Assembly (NCBI GenBank): GCA_016699245.1
Contig: CP064968.1
Span: 89,686-153,685, forward strand
Length of the DNA stretch: 64,000 bases
From: Candidatus Kaiserbacteria bacterium
GTDB taxonomy: Bacteria > Patescibacteriota > Minisyncoccia > Phycocordibacterales > UBA918
Reading direction: 5' to 3'
Positions 59,207 to 64,000 of this stretch are shown piece after piece (positions within the stretch are counted from its first letter, which is position 1; every line of letters starts with the position of its first letter). Under the pieces are notes generated by a model. The model was not told the origin of the DNA and searched no databases. It worked only from the letters and a program-made list of their open reading frames with translations. The translations under genes were made by a program, and so were the position numbers.

Positions 59207-60673
59207 CTATAGCGAGAGTCTATATTGTGTATAATTTAAGAAATCATTGATACTTACTAAATTACCTTGACAACTGGAACAAGAGTAAATATGAATATCT
59301 TTTGGGATAGTTCCACCATGTATGTCGAATAGTGGTACCAGGCAGTGAGGACACATATAAGGTTGCTGCGTATTGCTCCGTTGTGTACCAGAGTCTAGAT
59401 ATTTTACAAAATAATCCTTGGTGTCAATACTCGATAGTGAATAGAATGAACCTTTATCAAACCAGATGTTAATACATACACCACATACCCAGGCCTTTCT
59501 CTGTATGTCGTGTGGCCCTAATGCATCAATCTGTGTAAGTGTATGGCCGCACACGCTGCAGGCTAATAATTTTATTGGGCTATACGACTCGGTAACTGTA
59601 GGGTCAAAACTTTTTATTAGTCGTAACCTTTCTTCAATGAGTTGTTCTTCGAAAGATTGATCTTTTTCTGACGTACTTGCTAAAAAGAAAGGTGAGTAGT
59701 AGGCAAATTCCTGATATGTCTCATCTTGTACAATCATTAATACTTTGTTCAATGCAGAATAGAGTGCTTGTGGATGACGAGTAAGTTCAAGTGCTTTAAG
59801 GTCTGCATAAATTGCCTCACCATAATTCATGGTGTAGTAAATGAATCCCGTGATCAGTACGATAATCAAATGAATCGGGTTCATCACTAAAAAGACTAAA
59901 CCAGCCCCAATAGTGTTGTTTAATGATTTATGCTCATCTAAAAATATCCCGACGACAATTGCGACATACATTCCAAGCCATATGAGTGGTAAAAACGGGT
60001 GTATGGTTCCAAGGAGAAGTAAGAATGAGAGTAGCCCAACAACTTTAGTTATAGTAATTAACCATTCAACAGTCCTTCTCGTTGATATCTCATCGGAAAG
60101 ATAGTGGCCAATTTCATGTGCAATGTATGCTTCTGCTTCACTCACACTAAAATATTGAAGTAAACTCGTACTGACATGTAGTTGTGGGGCACCAATAGTC
60201 CTTAGGTGTAAGAAGAGTTTTGGCATATTTCCTGCATACATAATCAGTTGTGGCGTTTCGATGCCTGCCGTTTTTGATAAGTTTTCTAGAATTTTTTGTA
60301 TCGTAACTCTGTCGACGTGTTTTGTGTGATCAGTATGTGTTCCGTTTTGGACAATGAATTCTTGAGCAAAATATGCAACAACAAGAAGTATTATGCTAAA
60401 CCACACGTCATTATAAATATACGTGTCGTGCAGGTACGTCGTATGTACAAAGAGTTGATATGCCAGATACGATATGCCAAGTATCAGGAATATAAGTGCC
60501 AGAATAATATATGCGCGTTTTCTTTTTACACGATCAACAACCGTCCAATAGGTCTCATTCTTTTTATTAGAAAAAATTGTCTGACTGAATAGTTTTCCCA
60601 AATACCTCGCAATTACATCATTTTTGAATGCTAGGGGAAAGACAATTATGATATATATAAAAACAGATGACAT
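59207..60673 (-). CDS. membrane M48-family zinc metallopeptidase (HtpX-like) with C-terminal double Zn-ribbon
   Basis: AHEIGHYL (HExxH) with flanking TM helices; C-terminal CSVCGH...CGVC and CPHC...CSSC pairs. Confidence 0.65.
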   Translation of the reverse strand: MSSVFIYIIIVFPLAFKNDVIARYLGKLFSQTIFSNKKNETYWTVVDRVKRKRAYIILALIFLILGISYLAYQLFVHTTYLHDTYIYNDVWFSIILLVVAYFAQEFIVQNGTHTDHTKHVDRVTIQKILENLSKTAGIETPQLIMYAGNMPKLFLHLRTIGAPQLHVSTSLLQYFSVSEAEAYIAHEIGHYLSDEISTRRTVEWLITITKVVGLLSFLLLLGTIHPFLPLIWLGMYVAIVVGIFLDEHKSLNNTIGAGLVFLVMNPIHLIIVLITGFIYYTMNYGEAIYADLKALELTRHPQALYSALNKVLMIVQDETYQEFAYYSPFFLASTSEKDQSFEEQLIEERLRLIKSFDPTVTESYSPIKLLACSVCGHTLTQIDALGPHDIQRKAWVCGVCINIWFDKGSFYSLSSIDTKDYFVKYLDSGTQRSNTQQPYMCPHCLVPLFDIHGGTIPKDIHIYSCSSCQGNLVSINDFLNYTQYRLSL

Positions 60674-60750
60674 ACACTTTATTATACTTCACTGTATATG
60701 TTAGAAGTGTATATTATCCTTGTTCTCAAGGTCCGACTCCGGGAATCGTA

Positions 60751-60852
60751 TCAAAAAAGTGCAAGAGTTTCCGCAATGGCACTATCGAGAGTTTCCTCGC
60801 GATGCTCCCACTCGTCGAGAACAATAAAAATCGTTGGTTTTTTATCGTGCAT
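60751..60852 (-). pseudogene. duplicated 5' fragment of gpmI (33 codons: MHDKKPTIFIVLDEWEHREETLDSAIAETLALF*)
   Basis: Copy B of the direct repeat; cf. authentic [33 protein letters not shown]. Confidence 0.55.
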
Positions 60853-61017
60853 ATCAATGTGTTACATAAGTCCCAAGTATACTACATAATCAACATGCAT
60901 ATAAAAATGTATGTATGCAAAGAAAGAGTAAGGGACTGTAATTTGCTCACCGTATGAGGTGTGATTTTTATTTATTTCCTGAACGCGGACTGGTGTATAA
61001 TGAAAAACCGTTCGCAA

Positions 61018-61467
61018 TTATCTAACCATAATTGTATTTTCATCTGATGGGGCATTTGAATTAAGGGTTCCTTTGAAGACCTCAATACTACTCACAGACA
61101 AAGAACCTTCCCCTTGGTGTTCCCAGAAAACAATACTTTCATCTGCATTAGCATACCGAGCACCACTAGCAGAGATGGCTTGAGGCAAAGTTATTGTTCC
61201 GGTTTTTGGGTGTGTAAAAGTAACTGTATTATGTGAATTGTTAAAATTGACAGCGAGAGACTCTTGTCCAGAATGATATATGACAGAAACAATAGACGAC
61301 TCATCCTGTTCTTGTGTGTTTATTTCACGTTCATATTTATTCCAGCCATCAGTCGTCATAAAGAAAGGAAGGTAATTATTGAGTGAACCGTTTTTCCATA
61401 CGACAGCAAAAAATACAAATAGGATAATAGCAATAATAATATAAATATTTTTTTGAGTTGTTTGCAT
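61018..61467 (-). CDS. membrane-anchored MliC/PliC-like lysozyme inhibitor
   Basis: N-terminal TM; ISASGARYANADESIVFWEHQGEGSL resembles the MliC SxSGAxY...W.KG.E block. Confidence 0.45.
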   Translation of the reverse strand: MQTTQKNIYIIIAIILFVFFAVVWKNGSLNNYLPFFMTTDGWNKYEREINTQEQDESSIVSVIYHSGQESLAVNFNNSHNTVTFTHPKTGTITLPQAISASGARYANADESIVFWEHQGEGSLSVSSIEVFKGTLNSNAPSDENTIMVR

Positions 61468-61832
61468 ATCTCATACGATACCACAAGTTCGAACTTACTA
61501 CATGAAAAGTGAAAAGGAGAGTGAAAAGAAAAGTAAAAAAGTATCAAGGTTTTGAAAATCTCTGGCAGGGAAGGATTGATAAAAGTTACCGTTTCTACTT
61601 TCACGTAGTTGAACCTTATTACATTATTGTTTCAGCCATTATTCATTCCAAGTGATGTACTCTTATTGGTGTCTATTAAGTGAGACACGGATTAGGAGGG
61701 GTTTTTTCAAGGTTCCCGAGGACCGACCTCGGGAAACTTTTAATAAGCTCCGTCGACAGGAGGATTCTTCCATTACATGGACTGTTTAGGTCGTATGACA
61801 ATTTAAGTTCCCTAGGGCTCCCCTGGGAACAA

Positions 61833-61866
61833 AGAAAATCGCCTGACCAAGGTCAGGCGATTTTGG
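61833..61866. terminator. bidirectional rho-independent terminator
   Basis: aatcgcctgacc-aa-ggtcaggcgatt perfect 12-bp stem with flanking T-runs on both strands. Confidence 0.55.
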
Positions 61867-61886
61867 TGGATTGTGGGTAGGGAAAA

Positions 61887-62177
61887 TCAACTGAGAAGTG
61901 TACCAACGGCGACAAGGAAGTTGCCCACTGTGCCGGTCCCAAAAAGGAAGCCGAGTAGAGTGCAAACAGCAACCGCAGGCCATAAGATATAAAAACCCAA
62001 ACGGTGATCATGCCAGCGATGGCCAAACCCCCAATGTCCCACAGCCTCGGAAACGATAACAATCCCAAGTGCTCCAAAAAGAACAATCATCCATGCGGTT
62101 ACGAGTATGGGAGAAAATATACCCAACCCAAGACCGACGATAAAACCAACAAAATACAGAAACAGTAACTCTAACAT
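61887..62177 (-). CDS. small hypothetical membrane protein (His-rich C-terminal half)
   Basis: 96 aa, 3 TM helices; a truncated paralog lies at 63367..63570. Confidence 0.4.
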   Translation of the reverse strand: MLELLFLYFVGFIVGLGLGIFSPILVTAWMIVLFGALGIVIVSEAVGHWGFGHRWHDHRLGFYILWPAVAVCTLLGFLFGTGTVGNFLVAVGTLLS

Positions 62178-62260
62178 CAGGATTCTCCTTTAAATAACAC
62201 GAAAGCAAAGCAGATTCTATCACTCGTATTGACTACTGTATAGAGACACTCTTTCCTTTG
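62031..62260. repeat. copy A of a ~225-bp direct repeat (~93% identical) flanking the fic gene
   Basis: Matches 63424-63650; covers the 5' half and upstream region of the small membrane-protein gene. Confidence 0.8.
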
Positions 62261-62448
62261 CATACTGTTTCTAAAATATTATCATTTAGAAACTGCCTAT
62301 GGATTTTCTGATGTATGTATATCACTATGCTACTCGTCTCTCATAGTAAATATTAGTGAATAAGTGTCTATTTTAACTACCTATTCACTAAACTTTGACA
62401 ATAAGGTGTGAAAACACTATAATATTAAAGGTTAATTAACTAAACATT

Positions 62449-63342
62449 ATGGCTATCACCAAACCAATCATAACGAGACTCCAAAATCTCAAGATTGCCT
62501 TTGAGACTCTCAAAAAAGGCAAAGAATCACTCTTGGTACTAGTAGATGAGGCTGAAGTGGCTGAGGCAGTCTACAACTCTAATGCTATCGAAAACTCGAC
62601 ACTCACACTCAAAGAGACAGAGAAGATTCTTTTGGAAATGGCTGTGGCTCGAGAGGTATCTGTTCGAGAAGTTTTTGAAGCAAAGAATCTCGCTCGAGTA
62701 GTTGCGTACATTAGGAACAAATCGCAAGAGCTCGAAATAAATAAAGAAGTAATTCTTTTTCTCCATCAGATGCTTATTAGTGGTATCAACGATGAGATTG
62801 CAGGCCGTTTTCGAAAGACAGGTGAATACGTTCGGGTTGGTACACATGTCGCTCCCGCACCAGAACATGTTGAAAGAATGATTGACTCATTACTTTCCGA
62901 ATATACAGGTAATCTCTCAAACTTTTTTTTGGATAAAATTGCAAAATTTCACCTCGAGTTTGAGACGATTCATCCGTTCTGTGATGGTAATGGTCGTATT
63001 GGTCGTGTCCTTATAAACTATCAATTACAAAGACTTGGGTTTCCAGGTATTATTATTCGTGATAAAGAAAAGAAAGAGTATTACAGCACCTTTACTGAAT
63101 ATCGAGACAAAAAGACAGCGAAGAAAATGGAAAAGATACTCGCTCTTGCTCTCACGGAATCACTCCATAAAAGAATCACGTATCTTAAGGGTGATAAAAT
63201 TGTGACTCTTTCTGATTATGCAAAAACTAGTCATGCATCAGCATCTGCAATCTCTAATGCTGCGCGCCGACAAAACATTCCTGCCTTCAGAGAGAAAGGT
63301 GTTTGGAAAATTGCGGAAGGATTTGTTTATAATCCAAGTTAG
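62449..63342 (+). CDS. fic: Fic/Doc family protein (AMPylase-like) with C-terminal wHTH
   Basis: HPFCDGNGRIGR matches the Fic motif HPFx(D/E)GNGRxxR. Confidence 0.8.
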   Translation: MAITKPIITRLQNLKIAFETLKKGKESLLVLVDEAEVAEAVYNSNAIENSTLTLKETEKILLEMAVAREVSVREVFEAKNLARVVAYIRNKSQELEINKEVILFLHQMLISGINDEIAGRFRKTGEYVRVGTHVAPAPEHVERMIDSLLSEYTGNLSNFFLDKIAKFHLEFETIHPFCDGNGRIGRVLINYQLQRLGFPGIIIRDKEKKEYYSTFTEYRDKKTAKKMEKILALALTESLHKRITYLKGDKIVTLSDYAKTSHASASAISNAARRQNIPAFREKGVWKIAEGFVYNPS

Positions 63343-63366
63343 AAAATTCAATATACTCTCATTCGT

Positions 63367-63570
63367 CTATGAGTACTCAGCGGTACACACCAACATTCGT
63401 GAATAGAGATACTTCAATCGAACCCAATGTCCCACAGCCTCGGAAACGATAGCAATCCCAAGTCCCCCAAAAAGAACAATCATCCATGCAGGTACGAGTA
63501 TGGGAGAAAATATACCCAACACAAGACCAACGATAAAACCAACAAGATACAGAAACAGTAATTCTAACAT
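63367..63570 (-). CDS. truncated/diverged duplicate of the small membrane protein gene
   Basis: The first 48 residues are nearly identical to the 61887..62177 product; the C-terminus differs. Confidence 0.35.
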   Translation of the reverse strand: MLELLFLYLVGFIVGLVLGIFSPILVPAWMIVLFGGLGIAIVSEAVGHWVRLKYLYSRMLVCTAEYS

Positions 63571-63650
63571 CAGGATTCTCCTTTAAATAACAAGAAATCA
63601 AAGCAGATTCTATCACTCGTATTGACTACTGTATAGAGAACTCACGGAAA
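63424..63650. repeat. copy B of the ~225-bp direct repeat flanking fic
   Basis: See copy A. Confidence 0.8.
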
Positions 63651-63770
63651 AATTTTTCTCACTCAACAATCCCGAGGAAAGACTGTACATTTTTGGATGT
63701 AAGTACCTATTGAGTATAAAAAGAAACCGCCCAACTAAAGCCAGACGGCTTCGGTAGGGTGGTTGGTTAG

Positions 63771-63995
63771 TCAGTACTGATGAGATTTTGCAGCTTTATG
63801 CTCGTCAATTACCAAACGTCTAGATGCTAGTTTCTTCACACCAAGTTTACTCAGGAGTTCGAGACTTTCGATCCGGATGTCTTGCAGGCGGATGGGAAAG
63901 CATTCGGTTGGCGTCTTGTCGACTATCTCGAGAAAGAGTCGTTTTGCTAACCGCTTCTTTCTCATCTTAAGCGCTAATAAGCCAAATCGATACAA
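63771..63995 (-). CDS. hypothetical protein (possibly truncated at window edge)
   Basis: 74-aa basic ORF; no family recognised. Confidence 0.15.
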   Translation of the reverse strand: MYRFGLLALKMRKKRLAKRLFLEIVDKTPTECFPIRLQDIRIESLELLSKLGVKKLASRRLVIDEHKAAKSHQY

Positions 63996-64000
63996 ACCTT

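Noticed and set aside
63771-63995. Possible transposase or integrase fragment at the window end
   Set aside because: No DDE or tyrosine-recombinase motif can be recognised in the 74 residues, so it is left as hypothetical.

Overview
This is a low-GC (~40-45%) bacterial chromosome segment using the standard genetic code. The gene content is compatible with a small-genome Patescibacteria/CPR-like organism (class I FBA, archaeal-type glycogen synthase, GH57, type IV pili), but that assignment is my inference. Housekeeping genes I recognise are hisS, prmC, a class-I fructose-bisphosphate aldolase, rpmG (L33, absent from the ORF track), truB, a DEAD-box helicase, eno, a split gpmI, glnA-amt, and a pyrD-like gene followed by E. 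coli-type pyrC. Other blocks are an alpha-glucan cluster (GT glycogen-synthase-like, GH57, GH15), a complete type IV pilus operon, an RND efflux pair, a HicAB toxin-antitoxin, a Fic gene and a PhoH2 gene. The window is dominated by a ~11 kb same-strand cell-surface locus at 29433-40340. It encodes an acidic membrane-anchored protein. It encodes a giant beta-propeller protein whose gene carries a 2,874-bp near-perfect internal tandem duplication broken by an A-tract length difference. It encodes a small paralog sharing the giant protein's C-terminal domain. It encodes a DUF916-like membrane protein, an FN3 protein with a textbook dockerin, and an adjacent membrane-anchored cohesin-like protein. 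This locus looks like an undescribed cohesin-dockerin surface-display and adhesion system. Three genes are broken at homopolymer tracts (giant surface gene, gpmI, C39-like peptidase). Three accessory genes (M48 peptidase, Fic, HicAB) are each flanked by short direct or palindromic repeats that duplicate the 5' ends of neighbouring genes, suggesting cassette-like insertions. I found no rRNA, tRNA or CRISPR array that I could support.
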